Assembly: GCA_937952305.1 (NCBI GenBank) | Contig: CALFZO010000053.1 | Location: 14,401-78,400 of the forward strand | Length of the DNA: 64,000 nucleotides | Direction of reading: 5' to 3' | Origin: an uncultured Anaerolineales bacterium | Lineage (GTDB): Bacteria; Chloroflexota; Anaerolineae; Anaerolineales; UBA6663 | Shown here: positions 49,023-56,793 of the stretch, piece by piece | How the letters are laid out: each line of letters starts with the position of its first letter | How positions within the stretch are numbered: the stretch's first letter is position 1 | The notes under the pieces: model-generated | Database searches by the model: none | The model's input: only the letters and a program-made list of their open reading frames with translations | What the model was told of the DNA's origin: nothing | Program-made: the position numbers and the translations under genes

Positions 49023-50323
49023 AGATCGTCATCACCTCCCTCGGCTCGCGCGGCGATATCCAGCCCTACCTGGCCCTGGCCGTGGGCCTGCAGCGGGCCG
49101 GCCATCAGGTAACGCTGGCCACCTCGCACAACTTCACGGACTGGATCCAGGCCCATGGCGTCGGCGTGCACCCGACGCGCTTCAGCGTGCAGGAATTCAT
49201 GCAGTTGCCGGAGACGAAGGCCGCGCTGCGCAGCCGCAACCCGGTCCGCCAGTTCCGGATGGGGCGCGAGATCATGCAGCGCAGCACCGAGGCGCAGGAC
49301 GACGCCTGGCGGGCCATCCAGGACGCCGATTTCGTCATCCAATCCGGCACGGGCGTGGGCGCCCTGGAAGCGCACGCCAAACTCGGCCTCCCCGGAGCCT
49401 TCGCCTACGTTCAACCGTTCGCGGCCACGCGCGCCTTCCCGTCGTTCTTCCTGGGGCTGAGCCGCTCCTTGGGCGGGCCGCTCAACCGCCTGACCCACCG
49501 GCTGGCGCACCAGATGCTGTGGAGCGTCGTCGGCGGGCCGCAGACCAACCAATGGCGCAAGCGGCTGGGCCTGCAGCCCTGGCGCTCCTACGCCGAGATG
49601 TTCGCCTACGGCCGGCGCCTGGGCGCCCCCGTCGTCTACGGCTTCAGCCCGAGTTTCCTGCCCAAGCCGGCCGATTGGGACGAGCTTCAACACGTCACCG
49701 GCTATTGGTTCCTGGACCCTCGGCCGAGCTGGGCGCCGCCGGAAGACCTGGTCCGCTTCCTGGAGGGCGGTCCGCCGCCCGTGTACATCGGCTTCGGCAG
49801 CATGAACCACGAGGACCCGGAGCACAACACGCGCCTGGCCATGCGGGCGCTGGCGCTGAGCGGACAGCGCGGCGTGCTGCTCACCGGCTGGGGAGGCCTG
49901 CGGCGCCAGGAGGCGCCCGCAAACGTGCACTTCGTGGACGACGTGCCGCACGCCTGGCTATTCCCGCGCATGGCAGCCGTGGTCCATCACGGCGGCGCCG
50001 GCACCACGGGCGCCGGCCTGCGCGCTGGCGTGCCCACCCTCATCACGCCACTGGCGCCCAACGACCAGCCGGCGTGGGCCGAGCGCGTGGTGAAATTAGG
50101 GGTTGGGCCGCGCCTGCCCGGGACCAAGGCCCTGACCGCCGAAAAACTGGCCGAGGCTATCCAAACGGCCGTGAACGACCAAGCGCTGCGCGCCCGGGCC
50201 GCTGGCCTGGGTCAGGCCCTGCGGGCTGAAGACGGCGTGGCAAAGGCGGTTGCAATCGTCGAGCAGCACGCCGCCCGGCTGCCGAGGAATGGGCATGGGC
50301 CGGCGGCGGGGCGTGGTGCGTGA
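49019..50323 (+). CDS. GT1-family glycosyltransferase (UDP-glycosyltransferase/MGT-like), paralogue 1
   Basis: 434 aa: MKIVITSLGSRGDIQPYLALAVGLQRAGHQV... and the C-terminal nucleotide-sugar motif HHGGAGTTGAGLRAGVPTLITPLAPNDQPAWA. ATGA overlap with the hydrolase stop. Confidence 0.85.
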   Translation: MKIVITSLGSRGDIQPYLALAVGLQRAGHQVTLATSHNFTDWIQAHGVGVHPTRFSVQEFMQLPETKAALRSRNPVRQFRMGREIMQRSTEAQDDAWRAIQDADFVIQSGTGVGALEAHAKLGLPGAFAYVQPFAATRAFPSFFLGLSRSLGGPLNRLTHRLAHQMLWSVVGGPQTNQWRKRLGLQPWRSYAEMFAYGRRLGAPVVYGFSPSFLPKPADWDELQHVTGYWFLDPRPSWAPPEDLVRFLEGGPPPVYIGFGSMNHEDPEHNTRLAMRALALSGQRGVLLTGWGGLRRQEAPANVHFVDDVPHAWLFPRMAAVVHHGGAGTTGAGLRAGVPTLITPLAPNDQPAWAERVVKLGVGPRLPGTKALTAEKLAEAIQTAVNDQALRARAAGLGQALRAEDGVAKAVAIVEQHAARLPRNGHGPAAGRGA

Positions 50324-50447
50324 GGCACTGGGCCGCGAGTTGTCATCAGATGGCTTCGTCAAACGGACCAACGGATGAGCCTGATAAGTCACCTCCGTTC
50401 CCATTCGCCTATTCGCTTCTCATCTGGTGTTGCCGGAACAGCCTGCC

Positions 50448-51821
50448 ATGAAAATCCTCATCGTCACCCTCGGCTCGCGCGGCGATGTCCAGCCCTACCT
50501 GGCGCTGGCCGTAGGCCTCCAACAGGCCGGTCACTCGGTCACGCTGGCGGCGCCCGCGACCTTCGCAGACTGGATCCGCTCGTACGGGGTGGCGGCGGAG
50601 CCGGTTCGCTTCAACCCGCAGGCGGCCATGCAACAGCTGGGGAAAGGCCGGGGCGGGCTGCGCACCCTGACGGCGATTCTGCGCCTGCTGCGGGACGGGA
50701 TGGCCGACGCCCAGGCCCAGGTCTGGGAGGCCGCCCAGAAGACCGATTACTTCATCCAGTCCGCGACCGGAATGGGGGTGTTGGAGGCGGCCGACGCGTT
50801 CGGGCGGCCGGGGGCGTTCGCGTATCTCTACCCGTTCGCGCCCACCCGCGCCTGGCCTATGTTCTGGCTGCCGTTCCGGTGGTCGGCCGGCCGGCAGTAC
50901 AACTGGCTGACTCATCATCTCATGCTCCACCTGCTGTGGCAGGTGGGCGGGCGGATGGCGAACGCCTGGCGTCGGAAGCTGGGCCTGCCAGGCTGGCGCT
51001 GGGCGCAGGACAGCTTGGCCCGCGCCCGAACGCTCGGTGTGCCGTTCCTGTACGGCTACAGCCCCAGCCTGCTGCCCAAGCCGGCGGATTGGGATGACCA
51101 TCAGCACGTCACCGGCTACTGGTTCCTGGATCCCGAGCCCGGCTGGCAGCCACCCGCTGATCTGCTGCGCTTCCTGGAGGCCGGCCCGCCGCCGGTCTAC
51201 CTCGGCTTCGGCAGCATGAACGCTGAAGACCCGGAACGTCACACGCGCCTGGCGCTGCGGGCGTTGGAGCTGAGTGGGCAGCGCGGTCTGCTCCTGACCG
51301 GCTGGGGCGGCCTGGCGCGTCCGGCCGAGCCGGGCGCGACGGACCGCGTGCACAGCGTGGACAATGTGCCGCATGCCTGGCTTTTCCCGCGCCTGGCCGC
51401 GGTCGTGCATCACGGCGGCGCCGGCACCACGGCGGCGACCCTGCGCGCCGGCGTACCCGGCATCCTGACGCCGTTCGGCGGCGATCAGATTGCCTGGGCT
51501 GATCTGGTGGGGCAAGCCGGCGTGAGTCCGCGGGCCACAGGCATCCAGCGGCTGACGCCGGAACGGCTGGCGGCCGCGATTGGGCAGGCCGTGAACGACC
51601 CGGCGCTGCGCGCCCGCGCCGCCGCGCTCGGCCAGGCGATCCGGGCTGAAGACGGCGTGGCGAGAGCGGTTGAGATCATCGAGAGGCACGGCGCCGGGTT
51701 ACCGGCGGAACGCGCCGGGTTACCGGCGGAACGCGCCGGGTTACCGGCGGAACGCGCCGGCGCCAACGGGAAGGGACGACCCGGTCCATCGTCACAGTCC
51801 CAGGCAGGAGCCGCCCCATGA
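50448..51821 (+). CDS. GT1-family glycosyltransferase, paralogue 2, with a C-terminal GLPAERA x3 repeat tail
   Basis: ORF 50427..51821 trimmed to ATG 50448: MKILIVTLGSRGDVQPYLALAVGLQQAGHSV...HHGGAGTTAATLRAGVPGILTPFGGDQIAWA...GAGLPAERAGLPAERAGLPAERAGANGKG. Confidence 0.85.
   Translation: MKILIVTLGSRGDVQPYLALAVGLQQAGHSVTLAAPATFADWIRSYGVAAEPVRFNPQAAMQQLGKGRGGLRTLTAILRLLRDGMADAQAQVWEAAQKTDYFIQSATGMGVLEAADAFGRPGAFAYLYPFAPTRAWPMFWLPFRWSAGRQYNWLTHHLMLHLLWQVGGRMANAWRRKLGLPGWRWAQDSLARARTLGVPFLYGYSPSLLPKPADWDDHQHVTGYWFLDPEPGWQPPADLLRFLEAGPPPVYLGFGSMNAEDPERHTRLALRALELSGQRGLLLTGWGGLARPAEPGATDRVHSVDNVPHAWLFPRLAAVVHHGGAGTTAATLRAGVPGILTPFGGDQIAWADLVGQAGVSPRATGIQRLTPERLAAAIGQAVNDPALRARAAALGQAIRAEDGVARAVEIIERHGAGLPAERAGLPAERAGLPAERAGANGKGRPGPSSQSQAGAAP
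51691..51760 (+). repeat. Perfect 21-bp tandem repeat, 3 copies plus a 7-nt partial copy
   Basis: gcgccgggttaccggcggaac at 51691, 51712 and 51733, then gcgccgg. It encodes the (A)GLPAER heptad repeat in the GT C-terminus. Confidence 0.95.
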
Positions 51822-52738
51822 ACACCCTTCCGCCCCCGCCCGGCCAACTCTTCGACATCGGCGGCTACCGACTGCACCTGTGGCGGCAGGGCCACACCTC
51901 ACCTGGCGGCGCTCGGGAGAGGCAACCGATCACCGTGCTGGACAGCGGATTGGTCGGCAACTCGCTGGTCTGGGCCAATACGCTGGCGGCCCTGGCCGCC
52001 TTCACCCAAGCCGCCGCCTTCGACCGGGCCGGCTACGCCTGGAGCGATCCCGCGCCGGCCGGCACACCGCGCACCAGCGCGCAGATGGCGGCCGAACTGC
52101 GCGCCCTGCTGCGGGCGGCCGGCCTCGAGCCGCCCTACATCCTGGTCGGGCACTCGGCCGGCGCCATTCATACCCTGGTGTACACCGACCTCTACCCCGC
52201 CGAGGTGGCCGGCCTGGTGCTGGTGGACCCGTCCCACCCGGAGATGTTCACGCGCGCGCCTGGCGTCCCGGATGGCCCGGCGATTGCCCGGCCTTATCGC
52301 GCCATCGCGGCGCTGGGGAGGCTGGGTCTGCTGCGCTGGCTGGGGCCGATCTTGTTGGGGGCGCTGCTCGGCGATAGCCGGCGCCACTTGCCGCCTGAGG
52401 CCGGGCGGGCGCTGACGGCCTTCAGCCAGCGTCCGCAGGATTACGCCAATGCCGCGCGCGAGGCCCAGGACGCCAACGAGAGCTTCGCCCACGCCGCCCA
52501 GGCCCTGACGCGCCTGGGCGACCGCCCTGTGGAAGTGCTGAGCGCCGAGTGGTGGGCGACGGGCCAGGCCACGCCCATGAAGCGCGCCCTGCTGGGCCTG
52601 CACCGGGAGCTGGCCGGCCACTCGGCGCGCGGGCAGCACAGCCTCGTCGCCGGGACCGATCACGCCAACCTGCCCGTGGCGCGCCCGGACGCGATCGCCG
52701 ACGCGGTGCAGCGCATCCTGAAAGGGCGGCTGGCTTGA
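51818..52738 (+). CDS. Alpha/beta hydrolase
   Basis: 306 aa with nucleophile elbow LVGHSAGA (GxSxG). ATGA overlap with the GT stop. Confidence 0.8.
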   Translation: MNTLPPPPGQLFDIGGYRLHLWRQGHTSPGGARERQPITVLDSGLVGNSLVWANTLAALAAFTQAAAFDRAGYAWSDPAPAGTPRTSAQMAAELRALLRAAGLEPPYILVGHSAGAIHTLVYTDLYPAEVAGLVLVDPSHPEMFTRAPGVPDGPAIARPYRAIAALGRLGLLRWLGPILLGALLGDSRRHLPPEAGRALTAFSQRPQDYANAAREAQDANESFAHAAQALTRLGDRPVEVLSAEWWATGQATPMKRALLGLHRELAGHSARGQHSLVAGTDHANLPVARPDAIADAVQRILKGRLA

Positions 52739-54051
52739 CAACGCCCGGCTACCCTCAGACGCGCCTGAGCGGCTGGCGGCGCAACATCGCCCGAGCGGTG
52801 TGGCTGATGGCCATCGCGCCGATGGTGCTGGCCTTTGTCCTGGGCATCCCGATGCGCTTCAAATTCCTGAGCCGGGTCATGCCGGACGCGGCGGCCGATC
52901 CGTTTGACAACTTGATCCCCGTGCCAGACGCGATGGTGAGCACTTTCGCCGGCCACCTCGGCCCGGCTGAGGCAGAGGCCCTGGCGCGGCTGGGCTTTGA
53001 GATGACGGGCTATGCCATCGTCATCCTGGCCTTCGAAATTCTGCTAGGCCTGGTTTGCCTGGCGATTGGTTTTCTGCTGTTCTGGCGGCGCTCGGATGAT
53101 TGGCTGGCGCTGTGGTCCTCGCTCCTGCTCATCCTATTGGGGATAAGCGGCGTTTCGCTGATTGTGCCGACACTGATGACTGTGTCGGCGGTTTGGACCG
53201 TCGTCAACCTGCTGGCGGCCCTTGTAGGTATGCTGAGCAACGTACACGTGCTCTTTCTCTCGCCCGACGGGCACATGCAGCCGCGTTGGGCGTTGCCGGT
53301 CGCGGCCGGCGTCTCGGGCTACATCCTGGCGCTGGCCGGGTATGTCGGTTGGCTATCCGTCGGCCAGACCCTCAGCCCGCTGCTCCTCTTGATTTTCCCG
53401 GTGTGGATCGTCGGCCTCGGCCTGGGAGTCTATGCCCAGATCGTGCGCTACCGGCGCCTATCCACGGCTCAACAACGCCAGCAGACCAAGTGGGTGGCCG
53501 TCGGCCTGGCGACGACGACGCTGGGCTTCATCGCCAACGCCTGGCTGCTGTCGCTGGCCGGGCAGGAGCCCGGCCTGCCGCGCGTGCTGTACAGCGTGGG
53601 ACGCACGGCGACCGTGACGATATGCATGTTGTTCTTCCCCGTCTGCGTGGCGTTCGCGGTCTTGCGCTATCACCTGTGGGACATCGATCTGATCATCCGT
53701 CGCACGCTGATTTACTCCGTGCTCACCGCCCTGTTGGCGCTCACGTACTTTTCCCTGGTCCTCGGCCTGCAGAGTCTGGCCACCGCCCTCGGCGGAACGC
53801 GCACCGAATGGGTAACGGTGGCCTCCACACTGGCTGTGGCCGCGCTGGTTACGCCCCTGCGTGGGCGTGTCCAGGCTTCCATCGACCGGCGCTTCTACCG
53901 CCGCAAGTACAATGCGGCCCAAACCCTGGCCACCTTCGCGGCCGTGGCGCGGGATGAGACCAAACTAAACACGTTGACGAGCAAACTGGCCGGCGTGGTG
54001 CAGGACACCATGGAGCCCGAAAGCGTGACCGTATGGCTGAAACTTCGATAG
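52735..54051 (+). CDS. Orphan multi-TM sensor-like membrane protein, paralogue 4 of 6
   Basis: The 5' part of ORF 52549..54051 lies inside the hydrolase gene. I propose the TTG start at 52735 (TTGA overlap), giving TTPGYPQTRLSGWRRNIARAVWLMAIAPMVLAF, which mimics the R-rich/W/TM N-termini of the other paralogues. ATG 52807 is the alternative. Signature: TAQQRQQTKW ... LRYHLWDIDLIIRRTLIYSVLTALLALTYFSLV ... IDRRFYRRKYNAAQTLATFAAVARDETKLNTLTSKLAGVVQDTMEPESVTVWLKLR, then stop. Confidence 0.7.
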   Translation: MTTPGYPQTRLSGWRRNIARAVWLMAIAPMVLAFVLGIPMRFKFLSRVMPDAAADPFDNLIPVPDAMVSTFAGHLGPAEAEALARLGFEMTGYAIVILAFEILLGLVCLAIGFLLFWRRSDDWLALWSSLLLILLGISGVSLIVPTLMTVSAVWTVVNLLAALVGMLSNVHVLFLSPDGHMQPRWALPVAAGVSGYILALAGYVGWLSVGQTLSPLLLLIFPVWIVGLGLGVYAQIVRYRRLSTAQQRQQTKWVAVGLATTTLGFIANAWLLSLAGQEPGLPRVLYSVGRTATVTICMLFFPVCVAFAVLRYHLWDIDLIIRRTLIYSVLTALLALTYFSLVLGLQSLATALGGTRTEWVTVASTLAVAALVTPLRGRVQASIDRRFYRRKYNAAQTLATFAAVARDETKLNTLTSKLAGVVQDTMEPESVTVWLKLR

Positions 54052-55484
54052 ACGAACGTCGCTGGACGCGCGGCGCCTGGCTGACGGTGCTGGCGGCCGG
54101 GATATTTATCGCCCTCAACCTGGCGCATGTGGCCTACCGCTTCAGCCTGCCCAGCCTGGGCTGGGTGGTCTGGGACCCCGGCTCAAATGAAGGCCAGGGC
54201 CAATTCTGGCTGGTCACCAACGCAGTCGAAGCGCCCTCCGCGCTGCAGCCCGGCGATGTGGTGACGCACTTGGGCGCGCTGGAATTGAGCTCTTATGATG
54301 TGATGGCGGCCGACGCCTGGCCGCGCCCGGCGCAATGGCGCGTCGGCGGGCAAATCAACGTGACCGTTGAGCGTCAGGGACAGACGCTGGTCATTGCGGC
54401 GCCAGTGGTGCAATGGACTGGGCCGGCCTGGTGGCGGGCCAATGTTCTCGACCCCCGTCAGCTCTGGGAGTGGGTCGTTACGGCGCTTCTGCTCGGGCTC
54501 GTGGGCTATACGCTGGCCCATCGGCCGGGCAACCTGGCCGCGCGTTTTCTCTTTGCCGTTGGCCTGGCCCAACTCTCGATCTCGCTGAGCAACACCTTGC
54601 CGGACCATCTCGCCCTGGCGCTGGACCCGCCCGGCGCGATCAGCAAAGCGCTGTTCGGCAACATTATCTTCGCCTATCTGCTGGGGCCGGCCTTTCTGGG
54701 CTTTGCCCTCACTTTCCCCAGGCCCAAAGCCTGGATCCAACGCCAGCCACGCTGGCTGCTGGCGCCCTTTCTCCTCGGCGCCACCACCATTGTGCTCCTC
54801 GCCGTCCTGCCGGCGTACGCGAGTATCGGCTTCGGCCTGACGTTTGCGATGCTGGTGAGCGGCCTGGGGGCGCTTCTCCACTCCGGCGTTACCCAGCGCG
54901 ATGCCATCAGCCGCGCCCAACTGCGCTGGGCGGTTGGAGGGGTCTCGGTCGGCGTGAGTCTGTTCCTGTTAAACGCTCTCCTGTTTCCGGGCCAACCCCT
55001 GTACCGCGAATGGCTGAGCGCTTTGGCGAGTCTCGGTTTCCCCGTCATCGTGTTTTCGCTGACCATCGCCATCCTGCGCTACCGGCTGTTCGACATCGAC
55101 CTCATCATCCGCCGCACGCTCATCTACTCGCTGCTGACGGCGCTGTTAGCGCTGACGTATTTCGGCCTGGTGATCGGGCTGCAGGGCGTTGTCTCAGCGC
55201 TGGGAGGCGCGCGCTCGGAGTGGGTGACAGTGGCCTCGACCCTGGCCGTCGCCGCGCTGGTGGCGCCGCTGCGCGTCCGCGTCCAGCGCTTCATCGACCG
55301 GCGTTTCTACCGGCGCAAGTACGACGCCGCGCGCGTCCTGAGCGCCTTCGGCGCGGCCGCGCGGGACGAGACCGATTTGAACACCCTCACCGGCCGGCTG
55401 ACCGGCGTGGTGCAGGAGACCATGGAACCCGAGAGCGTCGGCGTATGGCTGCGGTCGGAAAACATCGATGACCACCGCCCCTGA
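54033..55484 (+). CDS. Orphan multi-TM sensor-like membrane protein, paralogue 5 of 6, with an extra PDZ-like loop domain after TM1
   Basis: 483 aa. Its start overlaps the paralogue 4 stop by 19 nt. PDZ-like stretch: LQPGDVVTHLGALELSS...WRVGGQINVTVERQGQTLVIAAPVV. Signature: ISRAQLRW ... LRYRLFDIDLIIRRTLIYSLLTALLALTYFGLV ... IDRRFYRRKYDAARVLSAFGAAARDETDLNTLTGRLTGVVQETMEPESVGVWLRS. Confidence 0.8.
   Translation: MAETSIDERRWTRGAWLTVLAAGIFIALNLAHVAYRFSLPSLGWVVWDPGSNEGQGQFWLVTNAVEAPSALQPGDVVTHLGALELSSYDVMAADAWPRPAQWRVGGQINVTVERQGQTLVIAAPVVQWTGPAWWRANVLDPRQLWEWVVTALLLGLVGYTLAHRPGNLAARFLFAVGLAQLSISLSNTLPDHLALALDPPGAISKALFGNIIFAYLLGPAFLGFALTFPRPKAWIQRQPRWLLAPFLLGATTIVLLAVLPAYASIGFGLTFAMLVSGLGALLHSGVTQRDAISRAQLRWAVGGVSVGVSLFLLNALLFPGQPLYREWLSALASLGFPVIVFSLTIAILRYRLFDIDLIIRRTLIYSLLTALLALTYFGLVIGLQGVVSALGGARSEWVTVASTLAVAALVAPLRVRVQRFIDRRFYRRKYDAARVLSAFGAAARDETDLNTLTGRLTGVVQETMEPESVGVWLRSENIDDHRP
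55290..55400 (+). repeat. Gene-conversion-like identity tract, copy A (pairs with 56539..56649)
   Basis: 110 of 111 nt are identical to 56539..56649, including a 96-nt perfect run (55305-55400 = 56554-56649). Flanking sequence in the two paralogues differs at many synonymous and non-synonymous sites. Confidence 0.85.
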
Positions 55485-56781
55485 GCGCCGCTCGGCGCGG
55501 ACCCTGTGGATCTGGTTTTTGCTGACCGCCGGCCTCGGCGTGGCCAGCCTTTTGCTCTTCGTCCGCAACGCGGACACGGCTGTGCCGAGCTCCTGGGGCG
55601 CCGTCGGCGGCGCCCGCAACAGCGCCGCCGATTGGATCGATCCCATCCAGCAAAGCCTGCTCTCGCCTCTGACCCTGAGTGCCCTGGGGGTCTTGATCCT
55701 GCGGCGGCAGCGCGGCCATCCCATCGGGCGCCTGCTCGTCACCCTGGGCTGCGTCTCCGCCCTGGCGCAATTCACCCAGGAATGGGCCGTGTATGGCTAC
55801 TACACGGCGCCGGGCGCTGCGATTGGCGCGGGGTTGGCCGCCTGGGTGACGAACTGGATTTGGATCGTGCTCTTCTTCCTCTTGCTCCTGACGGCCGCCC
55901 TGTTTCCAGACGGGCGCTTCCTATCACGCCGCTGGGGCTGGCTCACCGGCAGCCTTTTGTTTGTCTTCGCCGGGCCCATCCTGATCGCGGCCATGGGCGA
56001 GCCGCGCCTGTCGTCGGCCTTTCAGATCGCCAACCCCTTCGTCTCTGGTTTCCCAGAGGCCGTCTACTCGGCGCTCTTCCGCGTCAGCGTGGCGTTTATG
56101 CCGATCACGGCCGTCGCGGTGCTGATCGCGGCCATAGTCCGGTATCGCGCCAGCCAGGCGCGCGAGCGCCAGCAGATGAAATGGCTGCTGGCCGGCGTGG
56201 CGCTGATGGCGGCGCTGACTGTGGCCGGTTTGGGCCTCAATTTTGGGTTGGGCCAGGACCTCGGCGCTACTCTGGTGAACGCGGCCGTCTTGGGGCCGGC
56301 CCTGGGCGTTGGCGCCGCCCTGCTGCGCCATCAGCTCTACGACATCGACATCATCCTGCGCCGGACCTTGATCTACTCGACGCTCTCCGGCCTGCTGGCG
56401 CTGACGTATTTCGGCCTGGTGATCGTCCTGCAGGGGACGGTGACGACGCTGGGCGGGGCGCGCTCGGAGTGGGTGACGGTGGCCTCGACCCTGGCGGTGG
56501 CGGCCCTGTTTGCGCCGCTGCGCGCCCGGGTACAGCATTTCATCGACCGGCGCTTCTACCGGCGCAAGTACGACGCCGCGCGCGTCCTGAGCGCCTTCGG
56601 CGCGGCCGCGCGGGACGAGACCGATTTGAACACCCTCACCGGCCGGCTGGCCCAGGTGGTGGATGGGGCCCTGCAGCCGCAGACCCTCACGCTCTGGCTG
56701 AGGCCGCCGACCGAGGACCGGCCGCGGCCCGGGGCGCTTCGTAACGCAGATCGTAACGATCACGGGATGCCGGCCGGGTAG
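55468..56781 (+). CDS. Orphan multi-TM sensor-like membrane protein, paralogue 6 of 6
   Basis: 437 aa. Its start overlaps the paralogue 5 stop by 17 nt. Signature: ARERQQMKW ... LRHQLYDIDIILRRTLIYSTLSGLLALTYFGLV ... IDRRFYRRKYDAARVLSAFGAAARDETDLNTLTGRLAQVVDGALQPQTLTLWLRP, ending 25 aa later. Confidence 0.8.
   Translation: MTTAPERRSARTLWIWFLLTAGLGVASLLLFVRNADTAVPSSWGAVGGARNSAADWIDPIQQSLLSPLTLSALGVLILRRQRGHPIGRLLVTLGCVSALAQFTQEWAVYGYYTAPGAAIGAGLAAWVTNWIWIVLFFLLLLTAALFPDGRFLSRRWGWLTGSLLFVFAGPILIAAMGEPRLSSAFQIANPFVSGFPEAVYSALFRVSVAFMPITAVAVLIAAIVRYRASQARERQQMKWLLAGVALMAALTVAGLGLNFGLGQDLGATLVNAAVLGPALGVGAALLRHQLYDIDIILRRTLIYSTLSGLLALTYFGLVIVLQGTVTTLGGARSEWVTVASTLAVAALFAPLRARVQHFIDRRFYRRKYDAARVLSAFGAAARDETDLNTLTGRLAQVVDGALQPQTLTLWLRPPTEDRPRPGALRNADRNDHGMPAG
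56539..56649 (+). repeat. Gene-conversion-like identity tract, copy B (pairs with 55290..55400)
   Basis: See copy A. The comparison was made by direct alignment of the two printed sequences. Confidence 0.85.
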
Positions 56782-56793
56782 ACTGGAGACAAG

